A DNA stretch of 54,858 nt, filler included, from Dirinaria sp. TL-2023a (Eukaryota), in assembly GCA_051941275.1 (NCBI GenBank). It is 4 parts of 4 records of this genome, joined end to end, with 100 filler letters (N's around TTAATTAATTAA, not from the genome) between each part and the next. Parts side by side here need not be neighbours in the genome. Positions count along the whole stretch, not along the records: positions 13,764 to 27,405 come from JAVEBF010000667.1; positions 27,506 to 41,133 come from JAVEBF010000668.1; 2 more parts are not named here. One strand, given 5' to 3'. Under the pieces are notes generated by a model. It saw only the letters and a program-made list of their open reading frames with translations, did no database searches and was not told where the DNA came from. Positions within the stretch are counted from its first letter, which is position 1. Each line of letters starts with the position of its first letter. Shown here in pieces: positions 25,025 through 36,758 of the stretch. Both the position numbers and the translations under genes were made by a program.

Positions 25025-26461
25025 ATGCCTCCCCGACTACCCAGAGCAGCAGCAGCGCACACATCTTACCAAACCCAACTGCCCCAACCACTCCTCCGCT
25101 GCGCCCAATGTCTGCACAAAAGCCGACAGCAGCAGCAGCCCTTCTCCAGCACCTCTCCCCACTCCACGCGCCTCCGCCGGACCATGTTCAAATGGCTCAA
25201 CGGGCCCGGGGCGAACTTCAAAAACCCGCTGCCCGGCTCCACGAACTACCTGAACGCGTACGACTCCCAGGGACAACTCATCCGAGCCATGGAAGACGGC
25301 AGCATCGGCGGTCGCAAGTACAACCAAAACGACACTACTCCCCCCAACGCCACAGACGACGAAGCGGACATGCCTTCGAAATCGGAGATGGTGAATCTCA
25401 AAGGCAACAAACCCCTCCCGCCCGAGACCCTGGACGACTTGCTCCCGTTTCCCTTGAATCGCCAGTTCCGCAGCGCGCCGGTCCTGAGCGAGGAGTTCAA
25501 GGACGAGATTTATCAGAGGGTCGTCACGCAGGGCCATCCCGTGCGCCGGGTTAGTAGTGAAATGAATGTGGAGATGAGGCGCGTTGGTGCGGTGGTCAGG
25601 TTGAAGGCTTTGGAGAAGCAATGGGAAGAGCAGGTATGTTGTCATCCCATCTCGTCCCCCCTTTTTTTCTCTCTATTTTTTCTCTCCAATGTTCTCCCCT
25701 CCGGCCCAAGTGTTCTACATCTATTTAGGCCCTTGCAATGATGAGGAAAACCAAAATTCGATTAGTCTTGAAGACTTATCCTAACCATGGTTACGCAAAC
25801 AAATAAATTACAACTCTCTGAACGCAGACCTGCCTGCCTCCTCATTCCCCTACTCTCCCCCCCAAAAAACACCTCCCCTGCATTGTCTAACATCCTACCA
25901 CAGGGCAAAACCCTCGCCCTTCCCTACGCTAATGCCATCCTGGCCATGCTCCCTGTGACGCACTACGACCGCGCGCAGGGCAGACCCCGCCGAATCCACG
26001 AATCCATCAACGACCTCCCCGTGCACACCTCCACCCTGCGACAACTCTTCCTCCCCGCGCCCGAATCCCGGCACTTCACGCGGCAAGACGCCGCTCGGGC
26101 TCTGGACCCGGGCCTCCTGCCCGCCGACGCCCGCGTGCCGCACCCGGAACTCATAGCCGCGGCGCGAGACCGCGCAACGGGGATGGGGAACACGGAGCGC
26201 AGGCAGAAGATGGCGGAACGGGAGGAGAGAGAGAAGGAGGTGCTGAAGAAGAGGAAGGAGAAGAGCAGGGCGAGGGAGGAGAAGGCGGTCACGAAGGTTG
26301 TTCCCGTGGGCGGGAGATGGGAGTTTCGGTTTCGGGATGTGAAGGCGGATGTGGTTGAGGGGGAGCGGGATCGGAGAGGGATCGGGAGTCGGTATGGCGT
26401 TCCGCCGCAGGATCGGAAGAAAGGGGTGGTGAAGATACCCAAGAGGGTGGTTCCTGTGTAA
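25025..26461 (+). CDS. MRPS35: Mitochondrial small-subunit ribosomal protein mS45/Mrps35 (2 exons; intron 25634-25903)
   Basis: Arg-rich targeting-like N-terminus, 'PFPLNRQFRSAPVLSE', 'RRVGAVVRLK', 'ESRHFTRQDAA' and 'RYGVPPQDRKKG'. Confidence 0.88.
25734..25826 (+). ncRNA. Intronic box C/D snoRNA with two rRNA-antisense elements
   Basis: C box ATGATGA 25738-25744, D' TTGA 25768-25771, C'-like ATGGTTA 25787-25793 and D box CTGA 25818-25821. TTCGATTAGTC(TT) and AAATTACAACTC are complementary to conserved LSU rRNA segments recalled from memory. The host intron is unusually long (270 nt). Confidence 0.8.
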
Positions 26462-26599
26462 TCAGTGGTGTAAGATAGGCATTGTTATTAGCAGCATGTG
26501 TGTGGAGATGGGCTTTCTAGACCGGATATATATAGTCCGTCCCAGTCTTCTCTCTTTTTTTAAAACCCCCCCTCTAATTCCCAAGAAGAAGAAACAAAA

Positions 26600-26888
26600 G
26601 TCCCCAAGAAAGACATACCTTACCTTAAGTATAAGTTATCCATCCATCCATTGGGAGCGGAAAAAGGAGGAAGCCAAAGAAGGATTAAACCCAACCCCTT
26701 TTCTTTTCCCCCCTTTCCTCCTGCTGCTCCTGCTGCTGACCATCCATCCCTCAACCTCAATTCCTTCCTTTTCCGGTCTATTCTCTTCTCTCCTCTCCTC
26801 TCCGTCTAACTATAGCTACTCCCTCTCTCTTATTATTAAGATCTAAATTTCCCTCCCCTTCTCCACTCTTCCCGCCCCAAGAAAGGAG

Positions 26889-26921
<33 letters not shown>

Positions 26922-27405
26922 CGTAGTTTTTCAAAAGTCAGCTCTGCCGAGAGAAGAAGGGAGGGGGGAGGAATGATATCAAGCGAACAAGGCACTCAGG
27001 GGAAAAAAAAGAAAGAGAGAGAAAGAGCAGCAGGGGAGGGATAAGGTACTTAGGCTCATGCGTTCCTATTTGAGTTGGGATTCAGATATGGCTCATATCA
27101 TATCATATCATCTCTGTCTATCTGTCCGTCTGTCTATCTATCTACATTCATGGTTCGCAAAATCTTCATTCTCCTCTAGAACCCCCCTGTTTTTTTTTTT
27201 TTTTTTTAAAAAACACACACAAGGTGAATGAGTTGGAGGATTTTAGAACATTCACCCCCAGAACAGGATTTCAGAGTTCAACAATAAAGAAGAGCGAGCG
27301 AATCTACCTGAGTCTAGTGACCATGTGGCTTTTCCTTCCCTCCCTTTTTTTTTTTTTTTTTTTTTCAAAATAGATTTCCGCTTTTTATCTTGGGGGGGCC
27401 AGGAG
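26600..27405. repeat. Low-complexity contig end: poly-A, poly-T, (ATATC)n and (TCTR)n tracts
   Basis: A-run at about 26889-26917, T-runs at about 27190-27207 and 27345-27365, and short tandem repeats at about 27095-27145. Confidence 0.8.
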
Positions 27406-27505
27406 NNNNNNNNNNNNNNNNNNNNNNNNNNNNNNNNNNNNNNNNNNNNTTAATTAATTAANNNNNNNNNNNNNNNNNNNNNNNNNNNNNNNNNNNNNNN
27501 NNNNN
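27406..27505. other. Artificial contig linker N44-TTAATTAATTAA-N44
   Basis: Identical to the linker at 13664. Confidence 0.98.
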
Positions 27506-28111
27506 CCTCAAGTCGATAGACCGGTCGCCAGAGCAGATACGCGTGGTCCTAAGTATCTTACTTAACTTAGATACAACTTCGCCCCTTTGGTGAGCTTGAT
27601 GAACTAAGGTCTATAGGGTATTTTGCGCACCCGGGGAGGGGGAAACCATGGTCCAAATCGACTATCATACGCTTGCTTCGGATGGCGGGATTGGTTACTA
27701 AAAGGAATCAACGACGCTGAATGGGGGCCAATTAAGAGTCTTTGACAAGGTGAAGTCTCGGAAAACTCGTGGGAGTTAGAGATTCAAGCATTTTTGTTCG
27801 CCCGCCTTCCTGCATTGGAATTGGGATGGATTATTGTACATTCGCTGTATTTACCAGGTAGTTGTGAAAAGTAACATTAGGCGCGTTCGAGACCAGGAAG
27901 AGTAGTGTGGTAAGGAGAATGCCGGAAGCGTCAGAGACCTGCCCAAGGCTTGATGTTAATATGTAGGGGCTCGAAGCCTGGTCGAATTGTGAGTTCTGGA
28001 ATAACAACTCACTGTAGCCGGTGCTAGCGCTTGAGATGCAAGGACCCTAGTACATGGCATGATGGACGTGTGAGAGTGGTCGCACTGTAATGTACAATAT
28101 TATCGTCATAG

Positions 28112-29598
28112 CTACTCTTCCTCTTCTCCATTCGCACCGAAATCGCTACGATTACTTCCTTCCTCTTCTTCACTAGTGCCTTCGCCCTCGCTCTCCCCTT
28201 CGCTCCCTGGGTCGAAGTTCTCGTCGTCTTCCTCATCGTCCTCATTCTCATCATTGGCAGCAGCCTTCTCCGCTTCGATAGCGGCTTTCTCCAGCTCTCC
28301 AGGACCATCGTCGTCCTCGGCGCCCTTTTCAGCTCTGTTCCCGTTGATATTCAGCTTCTTGGCACGGCGCTGCTCCGCCATACTTGCATCCGCCAGTCCA
28401 TGTCGCTTAATGTAGCCATCTATCCCGGGAAATTCTGCTTGGTCAATGATGGAGAACTCGAAATTTTTTAGCTCGTCGCCTGCCTCGGCTACACGGGTTT
28501 CGATGTTTAGGCTGAAGGTGCGTTGTACAATGGACGAATAGGATATGGAATCGATAGCATCGAACGCAAAGAAAATAAGCGGCTTTTTGAACGCCCAGAC
28601 GATGCCGGTAGGCAGGAAGAAGAGGAATCCTTCTTTGTTTCCTTGATGTGCTTTGACGTGCCCCGTATTCTGCCCTTTGCTCTGTGCTTTAGGTGCCTTG
28701 CCTGATACTTCATCATCTTGTGGCTCGATGACTTGGAGTTTCTGAGTTTCAAGCTGTTTGTTGAGGACGCGTACCATTACAGTCTTGATCGATTCATCCG
28801 ATACAGTCTTGATATCATCGCTAAAAGTACCGGGTTTAGCTTTTGTATCAGGAACCGTCCAAGATATTTGATCCGGTACTTCAGCAATTCCATTGGCAGC
28901 CATAATACCGAGATTCTGCGTAGGGAAGATGCAGAAGGCATGTTGCGGCTGAGCCTTCTCGGGCAAAGGTAAGCACACAACATGTTGTACCTGACTCCAC
29001 TTGACGCCGAATTCTACCGCATTCGTTACGGGATGGCGAGCTCGTAGGCCTGCAGTTGCATCACCAAGCTCGAGCGTGAGCTTCTTGCGCTGAGGGATGG
29101 TAAATGAGAGCTCCTTGACAGTGCTATAGGAGCCAGAACGCCACAAGTCGCGGTCTTGTTCGATACTCTCATCATCGCCATGTTCAAGCTTTCTCTTCTT
29201 GCTCGGATTTCCAGTACTGTCGACCACGCTCCCAGATCTTTCGGTAAGGTCTTTTATGATGTTCTCTTGCTCTTTTATAATATTCTGCTGGCTAATGGTA
29301 TAGGATGCTATCCCATCAAACAGTGCTCCGAGTTTGTGGTCGCCACCTATCAAGACATTATATGCATTAGCTTTCGATGTAGAAATTCGTTCATGGCACA
29401 GACATCAGATACCCTTTTAATTTTCCTGAACCGACCGTCCGATATACGGAAGACATAGATTGGTAGCTATGCTATAGAGTAGAAAATGGGTAGGTTGGGT
29501 TTGTAAAATTCTATAAACTTACGGATGGCAGCAAGTATCTCATCCTGGAGCCCTGTGGAGTTCCCAAAGGCCTCGCGTATTTGATCCCCAAGAGCCAT
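28112..29598 (-). CDS. RTT106: Histone chaperone Rtt106 (2 exons; intron 29347-29522)
   Basis: 'LSFTIPQRKKLTL', double-PH motif 'HVKAHQGNKEGFLFFLPTGIVWAFKKPLIFF', 'YSSIVQRTF', 'LADASMAEQRRAK' and an acidic tail. Confidence 0.9.
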
Positions 29599-30275
29599 AA
29601 TTTACCCTCATTCAGGAAGGGCGGTAAAGCTTGAGAACAGTCCTGTTGCTGTATTAATTAAACAGTCTCATGATGGATTGAAGGGATGGCGGCCCGCCTC
29701 ACCGCATCGAATCTTATCAGCGGCTCGGGCCGTGATGAGCTTAATTCGATCCAGAAACGATGAAGGATGAATGAATTTGCAAGTCTGGTACTAGCTGGTA
29801 TCAACGCCCTGGGTATGAATAGTCTTGGATTGATGTTACAGTGGGCTGGGATGAGCAGGAATAAGAAGCACAGAGTAAGACATCTGTGTGATAGATGATG
29901 CCTTTGTTATGATGGTGGAAACTAAAGCTTAGCTTGGCCTTGGCACTGGCCCAGATGCTGTGGAGTGGCAAAGTGCTAGCATTTGCTATTATTCTCTTAC
30001 AAATCTTCTCTTACATAGCTACACGAGCAACATAGCTTCCTTGCTAGTAATCAACCCAATGCAATAGTGCTACAGACACTCCTTTAATCTTTCTATCTCC
30101 CAGTGTACATCAGACAAGCCCGGCCGGCATTCTCATCATACAATCCTTAATAAGCACAGTTGACCATTCATAAAGCAGTCGCAAATAGCTGGGTATCTCA
30201 TAAGCAGATTCGAAAAAATGTAGCAACGGCACAGGCAATGAATTGCCGCCAGTCTGTCCTCGCCTCAGACAACAG

Positions 30276-32918
30276 TCAATGACCGCTGAGGTAGCGGCTT
30301 GGGCCGGCATTGTTCTTACGGAGTTTCCTCCGATCATGGATAGTTAACTCGACCAATTCTTCGGCAAAGTTCTTCCTATCTTCTGCAGGACGTTGACTTG
30401 TGTTGAGCACGGCCATCTCGATGTCCTGGGTATGGGCCCCATGTGCATCATCAATGCTCGTGTTGGCAGTACCGAGACGTGTATTGCCGGATGGCATATG
30501 CACGAGATGCCTTGTCGAAGAATAATCGCCCGCAGGAGTCTGTCTTCTAGCCCTCCCAATAAAGGGAAACCTATGACTTCGAGTTAGGCGCTCTGAAGGT
30601 TGGTACCGATTGCTCCGATTCCAATTCCCATTCCCACTTGACGGTGGTGACAGTCTGATACTAACCATGGTTTCGCAGGCGGAGTCTGCTCGTTTGATTC
30701 GTCCGCCAAAGCCTTCGCGAACGTCCTTCGCGAATTGCTCGTTATCAGAGAAACCCAAGTATACCTTTTGTGCAGTCAGGAAGAAAGGGCACGGAATGTA
30801 TTCGAACCTCTTGTCCACATTTCCGAGACCATGAACATCCGTGATAACCCGGCAGGCGATGATATTTGCATATTCAAGCGGTTGATGATTGCTCACTTGA
30901 GGGCAAGGGGCTATCAAGCACCGGACCAACAACTTCGCTTCATCAAAGAAGCTGTCCTTAAGTTGTATTCGAAGCTTGTTCAGGGCGTCAAAAAACATGG
31001 TGCAGAACGTTTCCTCCTCGGGGTTATCTGGAGTCCATACACTGCGCATCTTGACCAAGCAGGTTGTAACCGTCATCCCATCGAATCGACTTAGGATGCC
31101 CATTTGGTCTGTGGAGAGTTTCTCTATTGGCAACCGGATGCTGGGTAGTAGGTTTTTAGCATCCTTCCGGACAAGGACATCGAACCCTCTCCGAAAGACA
31201 GGGCGTAAAGCGAAACAAGCAACATGAACGCCTGCTTCAAGAAGCGTCTCTTTACCAGCAATGCCGCGCATCTGCTCAAGTCTTGGGAGGAGTTCTCCAG
31301 TGGGGACCTCGAAGCTCTCCGCTAGATAATCGACAACATGTGCAATAGGAGCGAACCTATAGCCTATGGCAGCAAGCCTTCCCGCTTCGGATTTTTCAAT
31401 TCGACGAACGAGGAACAGAAGCTGTCCTTGGCCCATGTCGTCGTCCGGGACGTCTCCTTGTTCGCCTTGGCTAAGGTTTGAGGGTTTCCTTCGTCTGATC
31501 CATGAGAAGATCTTTTTCGCGAGACGTTTCAATACATTACTCTTGGTGACCGTGCCAGTGATGCATATGTGGCCAAATAAGATGCCCATATTGTCTGTCG
31601 TGTCATGGAAAGTGGCTGCAAGATTGCCTGCCGCAACACAGAACAGTTGCTTAAAAAACGTTGCGTAATGCTTGTTTCCATTACTGGGCCCAAAGTCCGC
31701 ATTTGTAGCTGAGGTCTTGTTTTCGGTAGCCGTTTTGACATTGTCATACATAGCAGGAAAGAACTCGTGTATTGCCGTCCAGCAATGTGTAAGGCGAAAC
31801 AACCAACAGAAGACTGGGTGACCGACGCCGAAGGGTTCATCGAATGCCTGAAGTCCAGCATATTAGCAAAGAACCTGTCGAGCAAGAAGATTCTACTTAC
31901 ATCCTCACGGTAGCAATCTGTGATCTTCTCACAGGGCAAGAGGCCATCAGGGTTGACCATGAGTCTATCTTCAGTATCAAAAGTTACGCTCGCCAAGATC
32001 ACCTCTCTTGCTCTGGTAGCAGACTGTTTCTTAGACCGCTGCCCGAGGATCGCAAATGACATCAGGACAATGCAACATCCGAGTGCCTGGAACAAGTCAG
32101 CATTCACGCCTGCGTGAAGCGAAGTTGAGACGCCACCAAACTGCAGACAATAATTACGGTGTCCTTCCGAGACAGAATGGCTGAACCTGCATGGGGTGGA
32201 ATCTTGTATTGATAGGTTGTGCCAACGCTGGCCACCCAGTGCATCCCTGATACTGCTGCCGCCAGTAGCTTTGCACAGGCAAACCGTTTTAGCCAATTAT
32301 TGGTCCAATTCGAATTGAGGTAGAAAAAGAGGCCTAAGGCGACGGTGCTTGCAGCGACAGCGATCATCGCGGCACCGACGATGTTTGCAGCGGCGTACAC
32401 TGCCTTGTAGTCGAAGATACTTACTTGGCCCAGATAATGCATTCCACAAATACCCAGGCCAACGAGGAAACCTCCAATGAGAGTTCTGAGGATACTGACC
32501 TTAGATATGCTGAAGGCAAAGAAGGCTCCAGCAATGATGGCTATTGGCATGATTAAGGATCCAGCCGTAAAGCCACCATTGTACACGATTCGCAAGCTTT
32601 TGTCGCCGTCCGCCATGATGATGGCGCAGATGCCAATGTAATGCATCGACCAGATGCCAACGGAACTCATTGTCAAAGATGCCGCGAGTAGCAGATACCT
32701 TTGCCATGTCAGCATCAATGCGTAGCCGGCAGATGGTAGTGGCAGTGGCAAGGGAGGAGTTGGTCTCACCAGTTGTATAGGCCGTGGATCGACGTTCTCC
32801 TCTGGAGGAGCTCCAGTGCTGTCCAGCATCCGATGCTACTGATCAAGTACGAGAGCACGATAAATGATGCTTCGTAATGGAAGTCAACCACCTGTCCGGC
32901 GGACGGATGGTTGTCCAT
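30276..32918 (-). CDS. MHYT-domain membrane sensor protein (4 exons; introns 32699-32769, 32087-32136, 31848-31900)
   Basis: TM helices carrying 'GIWSMHYIG', 'CGMHYLG' and 'SGMHWV'. Splicing links them in frame to the long soluble C-terminal ORF. Confidence 0.88.
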
Positions 32919-34411
32919 GGCCGACGACGGAGTCCCGGAATCGACCGAGTCTATCGCAGCTAAGACTCCAGCTGTTATTATGGGGAGTCGAGTCAGTGAA
33001 GAAAGTGGTTACTTGCCGCTGTACAGTGGTGTTCTAGAATAGGAGGAGTTGAGGTGAAAGCAAGGCCTGGATGTCCACCGAGGCCTTTGTGGATATATGA
33101 AAGTACTGTAAGGGTATTAAGCAGCCCAAATGCTTTGACGCGTTGATATGGATTACAGGTAGATGCTCGAGGGCATTGAGGTTTGGAGGAAGAGGGAGAA
33201 AGGATGAAGTTCGAAGAAGATTTGAATCAGATGATGGGTGAGGGCAGAAGTGGGCCCGATGACAGCGACATCGGTCTCGGATAATCGAATACAGGTATCC
33301 ATTCATGGCACAAATTACCCTGAATCGGACTCGCTAACACTTTGCAAGGACATCTGATTATGGATGCATGGGCCCTATTCCATTTTTTATGCTATTTGAA
33401 GCAAAGCTTGTGCTGTGCAGCCGACAAAAATTGTCACTCAAATAGCAGTCAGGCTATGAAAGACCTATCAAAATCTCATGATAGGCATTAGCAAGAATAG
33501 CATGGGCTTCGATAACGTGCCAATCTCAGATTCTAGTGCATATTGATCACTTGCAAAGCCGCCACGATCACCGAATACTATGTAAAGAGAGAAAGCGCTC
33601 AGAGGCGCCATTTGGGGACTCATTAGCAAGTCACGCTTAACTCATTTGACATTTAGCAATTTATATGCGCTCTCAGAATCTTCAACACCCCCTTGTGGCC
33701 CAAGGTTCGGATTGTCCATCACATATTTCAAGGTTTTCGAGCTTTGAAAGTGTGCCTATCCCTTATGTTCTGACAGGGAGATACTTGGCTTTTATGCACA
33801 GCTGGCAGTTTATGAACCATGTACCAAGCTCTCGGGCCAATGCATCGCCGTAAATCGGCAGGGTTTTGAAATACTTACATGTTCCGGCCTCCCAGGTCCA
33901 AGTTCTTCATTCCCTGCAGATTTATGTTCTTCAGTCAGGAATCAGCAGATTACTAGACTTTTCACAAGGCAAGCACCCCATTCTATCAAATAGCAATGAC
34001 TTCTACCGCAGAGCAAGCTCTCCCCCTCAGACCGATTGCCTACACTTCCCTCTCCTGGGCTTCGGCCTACCCAGGCCTTGTTGCGATCAAGCTTGCATGC
34101 ATGAAGGACTGCACATCCAGGTTGGTTTCCCCGGTTTCGTGCATGCATATCCCTCTGCGGCTCTGCAGCTCGCCTATCATCCCTGTGCTAATCGATATTG
34201 CAGTCTTTATCTGAGGAGAATGAAGAGGAGAGCCCTTCGTGCTCTGGGCGAGAAATCAGGTCAGTGAAATGCGTCTATTGTTTCTCCTTCCCTCCCTTCC
34301 ATCCCTTCCCTTCCGTTTCTTGCTAAAGACAACTCAAAGGATTCTCGCACCGAGCCGTGCTGTCGATTGGTTGCTGTCAGGTGAATACCGTCTTGATCCC
34401 GATCCAAGCAT

Positions 34412-34516
34412 CAGCACCACCACCACCAGCAACAGCAACAGCAACAGCAACAACAGCAGCAACAGCAACAACAATAACATCAGCAACAACAATACCATCA
34501 GCAACAACAACAACAG
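34412..34516. repeat. Imperfect (CAA/CAG/CAC)n trinucleotide repeat, intergenic
   Basis: About 35 CAN-type triplets. The poly-Gln frame contains a TAA. Confidence 0.9.
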
Positions 34517-34994
34517 AATCACCAGGTGAGAAGAGAGAGATGACGGGCCATTTAATCATACAAAGGATCCGATTTGTCCCCCCGGCTCCTGACTGGCAAA
34601 GAGACATCATCAGTCTAAGATTCGGTGGTTCGCTTACATCACAAACATCGGTTCACTGAAGTTCGAAGAGAGTGAGCGGTGGATGAGTGGATGGTGGATG
34701 AGCTATGCAGACAAAGCAGGTACATCGGGCCACGGTGTTGCTACTGGCACTTCAAAGTCCAGAGTTGTTTTCCTTTATCCTCCTACTATAGAGTACAGTA
34801 CTTCTTATGCTTTGAGAAGAGCGAGCTGCTTGGGGAGATTTACTCGCGAGATTTGCACTAGCTTAGACCACCAATCTATTTGCCTTTTATCATTACTATA
34901 GCTAAGAGGGCAGGAATCTCAGAAACCATTTTCTTCGAAGTTCTATCCATCCCTACTTCATTCATCCAAGTAAATGCCCGATGATCCCATCCCG

Positions 34995-36206
34995 TCATGA
35001 GCCCCCATTCACCATTTTTTCACTCGCAGGCAGCGCAAGCCTACAATGCTCCCTCGAAGCCTGCGCAGCATAAGCATCCATAATCACCAAAGCAGCCATG
35101 GCCTCCACAATCGGCACCGCTCTCGGCACCACACATGGATCATGCCTGCCCTTGGCTTCCAGCGTCCCAGTCAAGCCATCGTAAGTAACCGTCTCCTGCG
35201 CCTGCCCGATAGTGGCGGGGGACTTGAACCCGACCCTGAAATAGATCGGCTCGCCGTTCGAAATGCCGCCCTGAACGCCTCCGGAATGATTCGTCTTCAT
35301 CTTCAGCTGCGTGCGGCCCGGTCTCCGGGGCACATCTTCGGGCCAAGCGACGAAAGCATCGTTATGTGCCGACCCGGCCATCTCGCACCCTTCGAACCCG
35401 GACCCGAATTCGAAGGCCTTGGTCGCGGGGATGCTCAGCATCGCGTGTGCGAGCTCCGCCTCCAGCTTGTCAAAACAGGGCTCCCCGAGCCCGACGGGAC
35501 AGTTTCTGATCACGCACGTCACCGTGCCCCCGATACTGTCTTTCCGGTCGCGGTACTCGGCGATCTTCTCCGCCATGCGCTTGCCCGCTTCCGCGTCCGG
35601 ACACCGTACAGGGAGAAACTCGTCGACGCGAGTCCGCGTGATGGAGGATATCAGTTCGAGAAACGCGGGGCTCGAGGATGTGGTTGGGAACTCCGGCGTC
35701 GGGCGGAAAAGATGCTCGCTGCCGACTGAAGAGACGAAGGCCACGATCTCCACGCCCAGGGCTTGGCAGAGATATTTCTCCGCTATCGCCCCCGCCGCAA
35801 CACGGCCGATGGTTTCTCGCGCGCTGCTCCTACCGCCCCCGCTACTCGCTTTGACGCCGTACTTGTGCAAATACGTGTAGTCGGCGTGGCTGGGGCGCGG
35901 GTACATATCCATCGTGTTCCCGCCGTAGTCTTTGGGCCTTTGGTCTTCGTTCCGCACCACCAGTGCTATGGGTGTGCCTAACGTGATCCCGAATTCGGTC
36001 CCGGATTGGATTTCCACCCGGTCTTTCTCGTCGCGAGGTGTTGATAGCGCGCTTTGCCCAGGCCGTCGCCGGGTCATCTGAGGTTGGATGTCGGCTTCTG
36101 CAGAGAGCTGAAGCCCCGGTGGACAGCCGTCTACTATACATCCTACGGATCTGCAATGTGATTCTCCGTAGGTTGTGACTCGGTAGAAACGCCCAAAGGT
36201 CGACAT
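34995..36206 (-). CDS. ARO2: Chorismate synthase, intronless
   Basis: 'MSTFG...TTYGESH', 'PRPSHAD', '[18 protein letters not shown]', 'GGISNG' and '[11 protein letters not shown]'. Confidence 0.98.
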   Translation of the reverse strand: MSTFGRFYRVTTYGESHCRSVGCIVDGCPPGLQLSAEADIQPQMTRRRPGQSALSTPRDEKDRVEIQSGTEFGITLGTPIALVVRNEDQRPKDYGGNTMDMYPRPSHADYTYLHKYGVKASSGGGRSSARETIGRVAAGAIAEKYLCQALGVEIVAFVSSVGSEHLFRPTPEFPTTSSSPAFLELISSITRTRVDEFLPVRCPDAEAGKRMAEKIAEYRDRKDSIGGTVTCVIRNCPVGLGEPCFDKLEAELAHAMLSIPATKAFEFGSGFEGCEMAGSAHNDAFVAWPEDVPRRPGRTQLKMKTNHSGGVQGGISNGEPIYFRVGFKSPATIGQAQETVTYDGLTGTLEAKGRHDPCVVPRAVPIVEAMAALVIMDAYAAQASREHCRLALPASEKMVNGGS

Positions 36207-36758
36207 GCTGGGCTATGTGCGCAAGATTTTTTAATGACTCATAGGCTCTTTTTTCTTTTTTTCTGGAAAGGAAATGGAATAATGAGCTGTGAAGTGAGGG
36301 TGAAGTAAATGGCTTGTAAAATATAATAGTGGTGCTTGTAAGCTGACTGTGCGCGTACGAGTACCTTATAATAACACTTTTCGTGAATGAAAAATTTTTG
36401 GAGTGGAAGGTTTACATTAATCTTCGCATCAGAAATTATTCAAAAAATTTTCTCAGCACCTGGCACAGTCCCACCTCGAGTTAAAAAATCCCAATGAGGA
36501 ATATTTGAGGTTCTACAGATGATATATTGCAATGGTGTCTGCCAATTGCCAAAGTTTGAAGCTTTGAGTGGGTTCCCCCCCCGATCTAGGCCTTGGCTAC
36601 CGGAAGCTTGGCTCTTGGCTGCTGATCCGCCGCAACGAGCCTCAACTAAATGACCACTAAAAATCCCACCCATAGGTACCTTACTTAATCAGCCCCGATC
36701 TTCAGGATACTAAGGTAAGGTAAGGTGCAGTATCACTCAGACCTCATGTAGTAACTCC

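Noticed and set aside
24976..26442. Alternative-frame and antisense ORFs over MRPS35
   Set aside because: Explained by high GC and stop-codon scarcity.
34094..34147. TGCATGCATGAA...TTCGTGCATGCA stem-loop
   Set aside because: Built largely from self-complementary TGCA repeats, with no other support for a structured RNA.
34239..34659. Poly-Asn, poly-Leu and poly-Thr/Ala ORFs
   Set aside because: They are translations of the triplet microsatellite.
35046..35880. Long + strand ORFs (227 and 189 aa) opposite ARO2
   Set aside because: Antisense shadows of a GC-rich conserved gene, with no motifs of their own.
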